From: a virus
Length of the DNA stretch: 64,000 nucleotides
Strand: one strand, 5' to 3'
IMG/VR virus record: IMGVR_UViG_3300045049_000079
Location: 25,831 to 89,830 of that record
Both the position numbers and the translations under genes were made by a program. This document shows, one piece after another, positions 20,669 to 29,827 of the stretch; the first letter of the stretch is position 1, and each line of letters starts with the position of its first letter. The notes below the pieces were generated by a model. It saw only the letters and a list, made by a program, of their open reading frames with translations. It did no database searches and was not told where the DNA came from.

Positions 20669-20878
20669 TCAGTCTCCGTAATTCGTAAGGTCTTCAGCGA
20701 AAGCTTCTTCTGGAGTGTACCCGACATCGTAGTACATCCTCCAGTGCTCACGATCCATCTTGAACAAATCCATAAGGTCTACAAACTTCTCAGAAACCAT
20801 GTGCAGGAAAAGTCTCATGAACCAGTCGTCAAATCCTGTTAGACCCACAAGTGGAAAGTCATCATCTTCGATGTTCAT
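20669..20878 (-). CDS. hypothetical protein
   Basis: coupled ORF, 69 aa. Confidence 0.65.
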   Translation of the reverse strand: MNIEDDDFPLVGLTGFDDWFMRLFLHMVSEKFVDLMDLFKMDREHWRMYYDVGYTPEEAFAEDLTNYGD

Positions 20879-21396
20879 TTCGTAAGCTCCTTAAAACGCC
20901 GCATAAAGTAAATATAGGACATATGGCTATCCCATGCAATGATTCTGTTGGGGTATGGCTGATAACCTTCATAGCACACTTCTTTCACACACGGCTGCAT
21001 GTCCCTGCGCTCTGCAAGAAACACACGGATGTCAGCCTCCTTGATACTTGGGTGGAAGGGAAACTTCATACCAAATCGCTTGCACATATCTGCTTCTGCA
21101 CGATGCTCTAGCTCGATGTAGCCTGGGAGCATGCGCTTCAGAGGGCTTGGTACATCTGCCATGAAAGCTTCTACACCATCATGCAGGAGTCCTTCTAGTG
21201 CATGTTCAGGAGGCACAAGCTTGCTTACAAGAACGCAATGTTGAGCTACGGTGTAAACACGATCTGTCTGCCCTGAGAAGCGTGCTGTATGGGACAAGCC
21301 GCGAGCGATGTCTTCAATCCCGTATTGGCTTCTCTCAGGATTCTGATAGTCGAAGAAGCCGCCTTTGAGAAGGCTGATGGATGTGGAGTTCATCAA
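20875..21396 (-). CDS. HD-domain 5'-deoxynucleotidase (YfbR/YfdR-like)
   Basis: DIA..LS...RF.G, YTVAQH, LLHD..EA...D.PSP.K, IK.AD motifs. Confidence 0.85.
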   Translation of the reverse strand: MMNSTSISLLKGGFFDYQNPERSQYGIEDIARGLSHTARFSGQTDRVYTVAQHCVLVSKLVPPEHALEGLLHDGVEAFMADVPSPLKRMLPGYIELEHRAEADMCKRFGMKFPFHPSIKEADIRVFLAERRDMQPCVKEVCYEGYQPYPNRIIAWDSHMSYIYFMRRFKELTK

Positions 21397-21581
21397 ATAC
21401 TTTCAATGTAAGTTTTTTCAACTTTAACGGTAAGTTTGCTTGTGTTCCATTCCATATGATAGTTGACGTTGTACCCCCTATCTAGAAGTTTAGCACAAAT
21501 TTTGTCTGTTTTCTTCAGTACACTGCGAAGTTCTTCAGCCAATTTTGCATCTGACTTCGTGTCACCTAACTTGAACATCAT
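21393..21581 (-). CDS. hypothetical protein
   Basis: GGAGGG RBS, coupled. Confidence 0.6.
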   Translation of the reverse strand: MMFKLGDTKSDAKLAEELRSVLKKTDKICAKLLDRGYNVNYHMEWNTSKLTVKVEKTYIESI

Positions 21582-21686
21582 TCCCTCCTAAATTTGTTTT
21601 GACAGCTTCATCATAGCTCAACATCCATAACAATGCAAGCCCTTTGTACAAATAAAAATGCCCCGCACAGAGGCGAGGCGAAAATA

Positions 21687-22358
21687 CTACACTGTGATTG
21701 TGCCACAAACATCTACATCGCCATCAATGACGGCTTGCAGCTTCTTGTTACGAGGCTTGCGAGGTTTCTTAGCAGGCTTCATCTGCTCTGCAATAGCTTC
21801 ACGGATAGCATCATCACGCTTGTTAAAACGCTCCATAGCCTCTTCTGCCGTCAGATAAAACTCCTTGCCATCCAGCACACGAGCAATTTCATTCGGCGTC
21901 AGGAAGCCTGCATACACTTCGTTGACAAGGCGATGGATAGCTTTTGTACTGTGCGACACGTTAGCATCCATGTTGCCAGAGTGTCCATAGAAACCATAAC
22001 TAGCGGTATGAATCATGATTGTAGTGTAGGGATTGATGTAGATTTCATGCGCAAGCATCATAAGAATTGTACCAGCGCTGGCTGTATCGCTCTCTACATG
22101 CATCGCAATATGTGCATCAGTGTTGCGCATAGCTTCGATGAGAGGGATGATTGCGTGCAGCGCACCACCGTTTGTGGACAGCTTGATGTGCGCAATGTCA
22201 CCCTCGTTAGCATTGTTGAGATAGTCAACAAGCTGTGCAAATTGACGGACATCGGTGAAGTCATCATCGATAGTGCATTGGTAGATTTGGTTGAGGGGTA
22301 CAGCTTTCACTTCAAATGGCTCAACTTCTCGTTTGAAGAGTTTCATCAGGTCTGACAT
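21687..22358 (-). CDS. ClpP-like serine protease
   Basis: LSTNGG, ASAGT (Ser), MIH (His), FYLTAEEA. Confidence 0.8.
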   Translation of the reverse strand: MSDLMKLFKREVEPFEVKAVPLNQIYQCTIDDDFTDVRQFAQLVDYLNNANEGDIAHIKLSTNGGALHAIIPLIEAMRNTDAHIAMHVESDTASAGTILMMLAHEIYINPYTTIMIHTASYGFYGHSGNMDANVSHSTKAIHRLVNEVYAGFLTPNEIARVLDGKEFYLTAEEAMERFNKRDDAIREAIAEQMKPAKKPRKPRNKKLQAVIDGDVDVCGTITV

Positions 22359-22367
22359 GGTTCCTCC

Positions 22368-23150
22368 TTAATTGTAATAGTACATTTTTACGAATGCGCG
22401 GCACAGGCCAGAACGAACAACATCTTCTGGAGAGAACTCCACAACGCCCACATTTTGTGCGATGCAGCGCATGTCTTCATCGTCAAGATAGTCTGGTTGG
22501 TGCTCTGCCATCTTATCGATGAGGGCTACAGTGTCCATCAGCCCGCTCTTACCCTTCAGGTCATTCTGTTTGTGGTCGCCTGTAAGAACAAGCTGACAAC
22601 CCTCTCCAATACGAGTAAGAATAGCTTCAAGTTCTTCCTTCGTAAGATTCTGACTCTCTTCAACAATCACAAGAGCGTTTTCAATGCTCATGCCACGGAT
22701 GTGCTCAACGCTCAACATCTCCACTTTCTTGCTCGTCAGGCAGTAGCCAAGAAAACCTTTCCCCATAAACTTGCCAAGATGCTCAAGAGTTTGTTTGAAG
22801 AATGGGAGCAGCTTTTCTTCCAGTGTACCGGGGAGTGCACCGTTGCTCTTGCCTGTAGAAACGTTAGCACGTACTAGAAAAATCTTATCAATCTTCTTTG
22901 TGCGGAGGAGTTCAGAGCCGTGGTAGGCAGCGAGGAACGATTTACCTGTGCCAGCAGAGCCAATAGCGAACACCACTTGACGACCTTCTTGCAAGAATTG
23001 TAGAAGTGTTTTCTGCCGAGGATTAGCAGGTTTGATGGTAAGCTGCTTCTGTTGCACAGGAACGACAGTTTCTCCTGCTACAACTTCCACAACAGGTTTT
23101 TCGCCCGTTTTCTGCTTTCGCGTAAGCCTTTTAGCATTGTTGGACATCAA
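22368..23150 (-). CDS. phoH: PhoH-like ATPase
   Basis: GSAGTGKS, GALPG...EK, RG.SI, EESQN, TRIG, GD..Q.D, DVVRS. Confidence 0.9.
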   Translation of the reverse strand: MMSNNAKRLTRKQKTGEKPVVEVVAGETVVPVQQKQLTIKPANPRQKTLLQFLQEGRQVVFAIGSAGTGKSFLAAYHGSELLRTKKIDKIFLVRANVSTGKSNGALPGTLEEKLLPFFKQTLEHLGKFMGKGFLGYCLTSKKVEMLSVEHIRGMSIENALVIVEESQNLTKEELEAILTRIGEGCQLVLTGDHKQNDLKGKSGLMDTVALIDKMAEHQPDYLDDEDMRCIAQNVGVVEFSPEDVVRSGLCRAFVKMYYYN

Positions 23151-23233
23151 TTATCCTCTTGTAAAAATGTTAATGGGAATGCCCAACAGTGAAGCTAGAC
23201 ATTCCCATAATTTACACTATACAACCCTATCTG

Positions 23234-23793
23234 TCAAATAGGCCAAGTAAGATCGGCAGAGTTCTTTACACGCTTCCCCCAGTCGTCTGCAACAATTAGG
23301 TCGATTGAACTATTGTTTTGGTGGAAGCACATAAATTTATTGATATGAAAAATTTCATATTCTCCGTTGTCTTGAATTTCCATGACAACAGCACCCTGCA
23401 CAAGCTTCTTAATATTCACATCCTTGTTAGCAAACTTGACGAGTGTCTTCATTCTTTAGCCTCCGCACCCTTCTTTTTCTCAAGATTATCCATCCGCACC
23501 TTGCGAGCATTGTTCATAATCTCGACACGTTTCTCTTTAGTCATCACACCTTTGCCATCTACAGCAGCTTGAATCTTTTCTGCCGCTTCGCGGATCGTCT
23601 CAGCGTTCTTGATAAAGTTAACTTCAAAAAGCCCGTTGTAGTGTTGGAAAGGGTATGCACCTTCCTGTACGACTTTCCAACCGTTCAAGGTGTGTTTAGC
23701 GATCTCAAATACTACCTCCATAAAGGTAGTACATACAATTTGCTTATACTCGGTAGTACCTTCTTGCGTGTTGATTTCCGTCATGTCAGTCAT
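23234..23793 (-). other. two hypothetical ORFs (23234-23452, 23449-23793)
   Basis: coupled, RBSs present. Confidence 0.65.
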
Positions 23794-24098
23794 ACTCTTT
23801 CTCCTTTTTCATCTTACGTTGTTTACGTTTAGTTTCAGCTTTACGAGATACGTGCTCATCTTCTAGATAGATGTCTCCGAAGCGGGAGTCTTCAAAGTCG
23901 ATAAGATTTTGTTCGTGTTGCTCGTATTCTTCGATCATTTGTTCAATATCAGTCATTTGTTAACGAGAGCGAGGACGGTAAGATTTTGCTTAAGATGATC
24001 TTTGACAAACTGGATAGCTCCTAAATAGTTGTCGTCGAAGTAACTTACGTCTACAGCAGCAAGCTTCTTACCATCACGGTAATAGCAGCGGATGGGCT

Positions 24099-25229
24099 TC
24101 ATGGTTTCTCCTTCTGGTCGTTGTTTAAAAGTTTAATAAGTTCGTCAGGTATGGATTTTTCAATCTCATCTTTTACATACGCATTATATTTTCCATAGTG
24201 TTGATTAAAACTGAATCTAAGTTTGTTATCCCTCTTCTCGACATAAAGACCAACAGTGCTAGACCTTTCACTATTCTTAGTAATTGAATACACTAGATAA
24301 CTACCTTGCGCAGAGTAATTTGCATAAGAACCTACACAATGACTCATACACGATCCCTCTTCAGCTATAGCAAATGCATTATCTAACATTGTTGCTGTGT
24401 ACTCGCCAAGTTGCAAAGTTTTAGGGTTTACATTTGATACCCAAGGAAACACAGTTTTTGGATACCGCAACGCATTGATATCCTTTGACATCTGATCGTG
24501 TTCTTCTTTCATGCGTCGCGGACTCCATAGAGGATCAAACGCGCGTCGTAGTTGAGACGCCATAGTTTTAGTGTCTCTTACAAGACGTGATACCTCGTAA
24601 ATCCTATTCTTATTACTCCACTCACCTTTGTAGTAAGCAGTAAGATGTTGCATTGTAGGCACATCAAATTGATGAGTATTTTTCAACAGAGTTGTCGGAA
24701 ACTTGCAATAGTCGGCAAATTGATCTGGCCTAAAATTTTTAGCAAGCACGCGATTTTTATTTGCACTGTTGTTGGCAATTACTTTCCACGCACCTTTCAT
24801 GTCCTTTTTTAATTCTTTCGGACTCTTGCACGAGTATGCCACGACAGGCAGAAGATGGAACAGGCCGTCATCGTACACCTCTTGCATAGCTTCCTTGCAA
24901 GCCCGAATTTTGTGTAAAGCATCTAAGTCGATTCTTCCCGGTCTGAAGCTTGTCTTCACAAGAAGATGACGGTATGGCACCACAAATTTTTTATATTCCA
25001 ACGCCTTGAAGTGTTTGTACATCTTTGTTGGTGCTCGTCCGAACATCTGAGATGCAGCTTTATTGAACTCTTTCTTTTTGTATGGAAGTGTCACACCATT
25101 AGCTTCCGCTACAGCTTCAACCCACTTCTTCCAGTCAGGTGATATACTCGTCCTATAAATTTTCGGGCGATCTGTTGACCATTTTCCAATTTTGATTAGC
25201 TCTGTTGCCTCTTCCCACTCGATTTGCAC
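24099..25229 (-). CDS. PcfJ-like domain protein
   Basis: EEG..M.HCVGSY...Q..G..N motif; start moved to GTG 25229 (AAGGAG RBS) because TTGACA-17-TAAGAT (25290-25262) overlaps the TTG start. Confidence 0.7.
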   Translation of the reverse strand: MQIEWEEATELIKIGKWSTDRPKIYRTSISPDWKKWVEAVAEANGVTLPYKKKEFNKAASQMFGRAPTKMYKHFKALEYKKFVVPYRHLLVKTSFRPGRIDLDALHKIRACKEAMQEVYDDGLFHLLPVVAYSCKSPKELKKDMKGAWKVIANNSANKNRVLAKNFRPDQFADYCKFPTTLLKNTHQFDVPTMQHLTAYYKGEWSNKNRIYEVSRLVRDTKTMASQLRRAFDPLWSPRRMKEEHDQMSKDINALRYPKTVFPWVSNVNPKTLQLGEYTATMLDNAFAIAEEGSCMSHCVGSYANYSAQGSYLVYSITKNSERSSTVGLYVEKRDNKLRFSFNQHYGKYNAYVKDEIEKSIPDELIKLLNNDQKEKP

Positions 25230-25304
25230 AACTTTCTCCTTGAAATTTGTTGAGTGATCCAATCTTACTCCCTCAAACTCTGACTGTCAACAACATTCTT
25301 AAAA

Positions 25305-25333
25305 TTGACAAGATGTTGTTCCGGGTGTACACT
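25305..25333 (+). promoter_or_regulatory. late-class promoter (TTGACAAGAT)
   Basis: TTGACA-17-TACACT. Confidence 0.7.
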
Positions 25334-25365
25334 TTCAACAGTTAAGAATTAATAAGGAGCATAGC

Positions 25366-25734
25366 ATGAGCGAAGTGGTGCCAGCAAGCCCCAAGCCGCT
25401 ATTTAGTAAGACACATGAACTGAACAAGCTGGTAAGACAGCTTAAGAAGATTAGCGCTAAAGCTGTAGAAGTGTTAGAGCAAGGGCTTTCCAGCGAAGAT
25501 GAACGTGTACGAATGATCGCCGCAGAGAAACTATTGAAGTTCTACATGGATGCTGCTGAGGCTCAGCGGGCTGATGAAATCAAGGCCATGCTGCTCGATA
25601 TCAAGGCTAACGGTCTTATTGGTGGCGGTAGCACGACAGAGGATGACAATACGCCAGCGTTGGATTTTGACAACATCAACCCTGAGTTTCAAGATGTAGC
25701 TGTGGTTGATATGGGCAATGTGAACAAGATTTGA
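25366..25734 (+). CDS. putative terminase small subunit
   Basis: helical LEQGLSSEDERVRMIAAEKLL segment; first gene of the late block upstream of TerL. Confidence 0.5.
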   Translation: MSEVVPASPKPLFSKTHELNKLVRQLKKISAKAVEVLEQGLSSEDERVRMIAAEKLLKFYMDAAEAQRADEIKAMLLDIKANGLIGGGSTTEDDNTPALDFDNINPEFQDVAVVDMGNVNKI

Positions 25735-25742
25735 TAAAGTAG

Positions 25743-25771
25743 TTGACAAGATAGGATTGTTATGGCATAAT
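25743..25771 (+). promoter_or_regulatory. promoter of the RNA cluster (TTGACAAGAT class)
   Basis: TTGACA-17-CATAAT with TGn. Confidence 0.75.
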
Positions 25772-25777
25772 CTGTTT

Positions 25778-25890
25778 TGTTGGGAATGCGCAGGCTGATG
25801 CGCAACTGGCGAGGGTGACACCTGTGAGGGGGGTACTCGTTCGAACTACAAGCATAGGTGTAAAGCCAGAGTTCAGCACTGGCCCCAACA
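25778..25890 (+). ncRNA. cloverleaf ncRNA with complementary loops
   Basis: TGTTGGG/CCCAACA closing stem, three arms, loops GCTGA/TCAGC; begins at the predicted TSS. Confidence 0.7.
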
Positions 25891-26100
25891 CTTGCACGCA
25901 CTGACAAACGACTTCATCAGGTGCAGCACACCCTCTCCCGGAAGCTTCGGCATGCCGGTGATGGATTTAGAGTATGCCTTCAACTCTTACAGAATTGACA
26001 ATGGCTTCGTAAGAGGCCGTTTTTAATACGACTCCTTCTCAGGTAATGTCCCCTCCTTACAGAGCTTGAGCGAGTTGAGTCGTACTGAAAACAAAGTTTC

Positions 26101-26174
26101 GCCCCGTTAGTTAAGTGGTATAACGGTTGACTTGTAATCATCTGTCGTCTGTTCGATTCAGTCACGGGGCACCA
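26101..26174 (+). tRNA. tRNA-Thr(TGT)
   Basis: GCCCCGT/ACGGGGC acceptor, CT-TGT-AA loop, TTCGA, encoded CCA. Confidence 0.9.
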
Positions 26175-26255
26175 GAGCCTGACCTCTGATGCATGCAGTT
26201 TTACTGTATTGCTCAAGTCAAATCCCATGGCACACGGGGAGATAGTGTGCTTTAT

Positions 26256-26334
26256 CTGAGTGTATTGTCAGTCAGGTCAGACGGCCCGCCTTGGAAGTGG
26301 GAGGTCGCTAGTTCGAATCTAGCCACTCAGACCA
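26256..26334 (+). tRNA. tRNA-Pro(TGG)
   Basis: CTGAGTG/CACTCAG acceptor, CT-TGG-AA loop, GTTCGAATC, CCA. Confidence 0.9.
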
Positions 26335-26340
26335 AACAAC

Positions 26341-26423
26341 GGAGAAGTGGTGTAATGGTAGCCACGCTGGTCTTAGAAACCAGTGCCTAGTGCGTGTGAG
26401 TTCGAGTCTCACCTTCTCTACCA
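26341..26423 (+). tRNA. tRNA-Leu(TAG)
   Basis: GGAGAAG/CTTCTCT acceptor, CT-TAG-AA loop, variable arm, CCA. Confidence 0.9.
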
Positions 26424-26429
26424 ATCATA

Positions 26430-26504
26430 GCAGGCAGAGTTTTGTTGGTAAAACATCTTCCTTCCAAGTAGAAGTCCTCGGTTCGAAACCGTGTGCCTGC
26501 TCCA
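26430..26504 (+). tRNA. tRNA-Gly(TCC), atypical D arm
   Basis: GCAGGCA/TGCCTGC acceptor, CT-TCC-AA loop, GGTTCGAAACC, TCCA end. Confidence 0.8.
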
Positions 26505-26609
26505 GAATCCTACTACCTTGGGATTGTTAGCCTTACGGCTGACGAGGCTTTCAAGAGAAGCTAATGAGCACGGCGGAATTCCGTGCCACATGAATACAAA
26601 GGAGAATAC

Positions 26610-26801
26610 ATGTCAGAAGAAAATAAGAAATCGTATCACTGGGACAGTGGCAAGGGAAGTCGCCCGCGTTCGTACAGTGTGACACAAGAAGAGTTTGGCA
26701 AGAATTGGGATGCTATCTTCGGTAAGAAGGATAAGGTTCCTGAAGAAGAATCTGGTTGCAGTACTGTAGCATCGGAGTCACCAGAAGCCGCCGAGGGCTG
26801 A
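26610..26801 (+). CDS. small protein with GKGSRPR...F..NWD.IF motif
   Basis: AAGGAG RBS; motif recalled from small phage hypothetical proteins. Confidence 0.7.
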   Translation: MSEENKKSYHWDSGKGSRPRSYSVTQEEFGKNWDAIFGKKDKVPEEESGCSTVASESPEAAEG

Positions 26802-26944
26802 TAATTCTCGTAACAAATTTGCTCTAATGGACAAGCTCCGACAGGGCATACCCCGCTTCGGCGGGTTAGTGGAGAGGGTGGCTACAAGGTCACTAAAGCT
26901 CACAGGCATGGTTGAGTGGCGCTGTGACACCGAATAATTTAGGA

Positions 26945-26983
26945 GGCTGCACGGCAGGGATGCTGTGTGGCTTTTTGTTGTTT
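26945..26983 (+). terminator. intrinsic terminator
   Basis: GGCTGCACGGCA/TGCTGTGTGGCT stem plus T-rich tail. Confidence 0.7.
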
Positions 26984-27073
26984 CAAGTTTTGTGGCGAAC
27001 GGATTAGCTATCCTTCTTGGGCTGTACTCTCGAGATAGTCACACTTATTTAACCTAGTACAGAGGACGATTCA

Positions 27074-28315
27074 ATGGGCATCAGTAAGCCTTCCATTTTT
27101 GTTGGTGACATCTTCGACACTAAGAACTACGGCAAAGTAGAAATTTTAGAGTACGTCAAGTCGACGGATATCACAGTAAAGTTCTTGAACACTGGAAGCA
27201 TCCAGAAGACTAATTCATCGCAAGTTAAGAACGGCATTTTGAAAGATAAGACCGTTCGGTTGTACGGTGTGAAGGTGGGCGAGGTGTTTGACACCAGTCA
27301 CTGTGGGAAATGTGAGGTTGTAGAGTACATCCACGCCAAAAAGATTCTTGTTAAATTCTACGAGAGCGGAAAACTCAAGTGGACAAACTCCTCACAACTT
27401 AGTTCAGGAACGGCGTCCGACATTGATCCTTGTGACAGGGTATCGTTGGGAGACATCTTTGAGAACACTGATGGTTTTAAGGCAGAAGTGACGGCTTTGC
27501 ACTCGGGGTCACGCTTCGACGTGCGGTTCGAGGACGGTACTGTTAAGAATGTCAGCATCACAGCGCTTAAGAGTGGGAAGTTCTTGAAGGGTACATGGAA
27601 CTATAGCCAAGATGAAGCTATCGAGGCCATGAAGGTGGTTCACGGTGATCGCTATGACTATAGTCTTGTTGAGTTTAAGGATGTTAAAAGCAAGGTGAAA
27701 GTCCGTTGCTACACTCATGGTATCTTCCAAATATCCTTTGACAATCACGTCAATTCTGCACATGGTGCTCATCCGTCAGGGTGCAGAAAGTGCGCCATCG
27801 AAGCACGTGCAAAAGCTAAGACACTCGATGCAAGTCTGTTTGTAGAAGAGGCAATTGCACTAAACGGCGACAGGTATACGTATAACATGTTTGACTATAC
27901 CACACGAGACAAGAAGATTCAGATTACCTGCAATGACTGTGGTAGTACGTTTAAGCAATCTCCAGAAAAACATCTTGGAGGAAGAGGGTGTCCTTCCTGC
28001 GCTAAAACAGGTTTCGACCAGACGAAGCCGGGTGTTGTGTACGTACTTTCGTGCGAAAACCTTACCAAGATCGGCATCACTAACAAGAAAGCAGAATCCC
28101 GAGCCAAAGATATCAGCACGTCGTATGGTAAAGATTTTACCGTTATACGCGAGTTTCCTATGAGTGGCACACTATGCGCCGCCTTAGAGCGGGCAATGCT
28201 TACATATTTGAAGAAGAATTATGAAAGGCCATCAACAAAGTTCAACGGGTATTCGGAATGTTTTCTTGGGTTGAGGCCGGATGACCTAGTGGAGATGTTG
28301 GAGTGTCTAACGTAA
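27074..28315 (+). CDS. putative homing endonuclease (three N-terminal GDIF.T repeats, zinc ribbons, GIY-YIG-like C-terminus)
   Basis: HGDRYDYS, C..HG.F, GCPSC..GFD..KPG..Y...KIGIT, G.SECF. Confidence 0.7.
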   Translation: MGISKPSIFVGDIFDTKNYGKVEILEYVKSTDITVKFLNTGSIQKTNSSQVKNGILKDKTVRLYGVKVGEVFDTSHCGKCEVVEYIHAKKILVKFYESGKLKWTNSSQLSSGTASDIDPCDRVSLGDIFENTDGFKAEVTALHSGSRFDVRFEDGTVKNVSITALKSGKFLKGTWNYSQDEAIEAMKVVHGDRYDYSLVEFKDVKSKVKVRCYTHGIFQISFDNHVNSAHGAHPSGCRKCAIEARAKAKTLDASLFVEEAIALNGDRYTYNMFDYTTRDKKIQITCNDCGSTFKQSPEKHLGGRGCPSCAKTGFDQTKPGVVYVLSCENLTKIGITNKKAESRAKDISTSYGKDFTVIREFPMSGTLCAALERAMLTYLKKNYERPSTKFNGYSECFLGLRPDDLVEMLECLT

Positions 28316-29739
28316 AAAAAGATAAAAAGCCAAAGTTCCAGCCTTGCAGCGAAAAGCAACGGCTGGTTTTGAAAGAAAATGAAGTAGATCTGTTCCTCAC
28401 AGGAGGAGGCGCGGGAAGCGGAAAAAGTTTCCTTTCGTTGCTCAAGGCCGCAGGGGTTATACAAGACAAGAACGCTAAAGTGATGATCCTCCGTCTCACT
28501 TATCCAATGCTGAAAGACCTTATCAGCGCATCAAAACAAATTTACCCTCACTTTGGGGGTGTTTGGAAGGCACAAGCCCGTACATGGGTATTTGCCAACG
28601 GCGCGGAAATCGACTTTAAAGCAATGCCGAAAGATTTGCTTGAGGTACAGGGTTGGGAACGCACGCATTTTATCATCGACGAAGCGGCGGAGTGGCAGCA
28701 AGATCAAGTTCTAGCTGTACTTTCTCGTCTACGCAGTGCAACATATACTGGCAAAAAAAGTCTTATGATGTCCTGCAACCCGTCCAAAACTAGCTGGTTA
28801 CGTCCTGTGGTAGATTACTCTCTAGATTCGGAGGGCGTACCTTTGCCGGGAACTGAACACAGAGTTCGTTATTTTGTTGTGCAGAATTCCCACTTTAAAT
28901 GGGCAGATTCCGAAGAAGAGTTGTATGAGAAATACGGTCAAGGTTTGGAGCGAGGTAAAGAGTTCGTCGCCTTGAAATTTAAATTCTGCCCGATGACGTG
29001 CTATGACAATCCAGCCTTGTTGAAAACTGACCCTGGATATGTTGGTCGTCTTCTTTCCCAGCCTCGCGTTAACCAATTGCGACTACTTTATGGGTCATGG
29101 GACGCGGAGGTGCTTGGAAGCTCGATGGTGCGGGAGGACATGTTTGAAATAGTAGAGCATCCACCAATTAATCCGGTTGCCAAATTTAGGGCATGGGACT
29201 TGGCAAGTTCTGTGCCGAACGAAGCTAACGGTTTTAAATGCGACTGGACGGCTGGTGTACTGATGTCAAAAGACGCACTTGGGAATTTCTACATCGAAGA
29301 TGTTGTTAGGTTCCAAAAGCAGATTGATGGTGTGCTGAAGGGTATTAAAGATACCGCATACAAAGACGGGCTGGATGTTACGCAAATTGTACCATGTGAT
29401 CCGGGACAGGCCGGAAAGGTGGCGAATAAATTTTATGTGACTTTTTTAGCGTCTCACGGTATTAGCGTAAAAACTGAAGGTGTGAACCCGCATAGTAATA
29501 AAGTAACACGTTTTAATCCCTTCGCGAGTGTTGCTAACAACAACAGTGTAAAAATTGTAAGAGGAGACTGGAATAGAGACTGGTTTGACGAAGTTTGCTT
29601 TTTCTCTGGAGAAAGAAAAAATGTCGATGACCAAGTTGACGCCACAAGCTCGGCATTCAACCATCTTGCACGTCAAACTGTTATGCCCGTGTTCTCATTG
29701 TCCGTTTTTACACAACCCTCACCAATCCCCTCCCTATAA
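28303..29739 (+). CDS. terL: terminase large subunit
   Basis: Walker A GGGAGSGKS, Walker B FIIDEA, SCNP, AWDLA, DDQVDA. Confidence 0.93.
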   Translation: MSNVKKDKKPKFQPCSEKQRLVLKENEVDLFLTGGGAGSGKSFLSLLKAAGVIQDKNAKVMILRLTYPMLKDLISASKQIYPHFGGVWKAQARTWVFANGAEIDFKAMPKDLLEVQGWERTHFIIDEAAEWQQDQVLAVLSRLRSATYTGKKSLMMSCNPSKTSWLRPVVDYSLDSEGVPLPGTEHRVRYFVVQNSHFKWADSEEELYEKYGQGLERGKEFVALKFKFCPMTCYDNPALLKTDPGYVGRLLSQPRVNQLRLLYGSWDAEVLGSSMVREDMFEIVEHPPINPVAKFRAWDLASSVPNEANGFKCDWTAGVLMSKDALGNFYIEDVVRFQKQIDGVLKGIKDTAYKDGLDVTQIVPCDPGQAGKVANKFYVTFLASHGISVKTEGVNPHSNKVTRFNPFASVANNNSVKIVRGDWNRDWFDEVCFFSGERKNVDDQVDATSSAFNHLARQTVMPVFSLSVFTQPSPIPSL

Positions 29740-29770
29740 TATCACAACAAAACGGATAATGGCACAATAA

Positions 29771-29799
29771 TTGACAAGATTGTTACCTCATGTTATTAT
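29771..29799 (+). promoter_or_regulatory. late-class promoter (TTGACAAGAT)
   Basis: TTGACA-17-TATTAT with TGn. Confidence 0.7.
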
Positions 29800-29827
29800 C
29801 CGTTTCAGTAAATAAAAAGGAGCACTA

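Noticed and set aside
20875-21396. DatZ of a Z-genome (2-aminoadenine) pathway
   Set aside because: Motifs fit generic YfdR-like HD enzymes and no purZ/mazZ is present in the window
21633-22355. 240-aa plus-strand ORF
   Set aside because: Antisense shadow of the ClpP-like gene
25778-25890. tRNA, intron-containing tRNA or tmRNA
   Set aside because: No TTCRA loop in the T-arm position, no CCA end and no tag ORF
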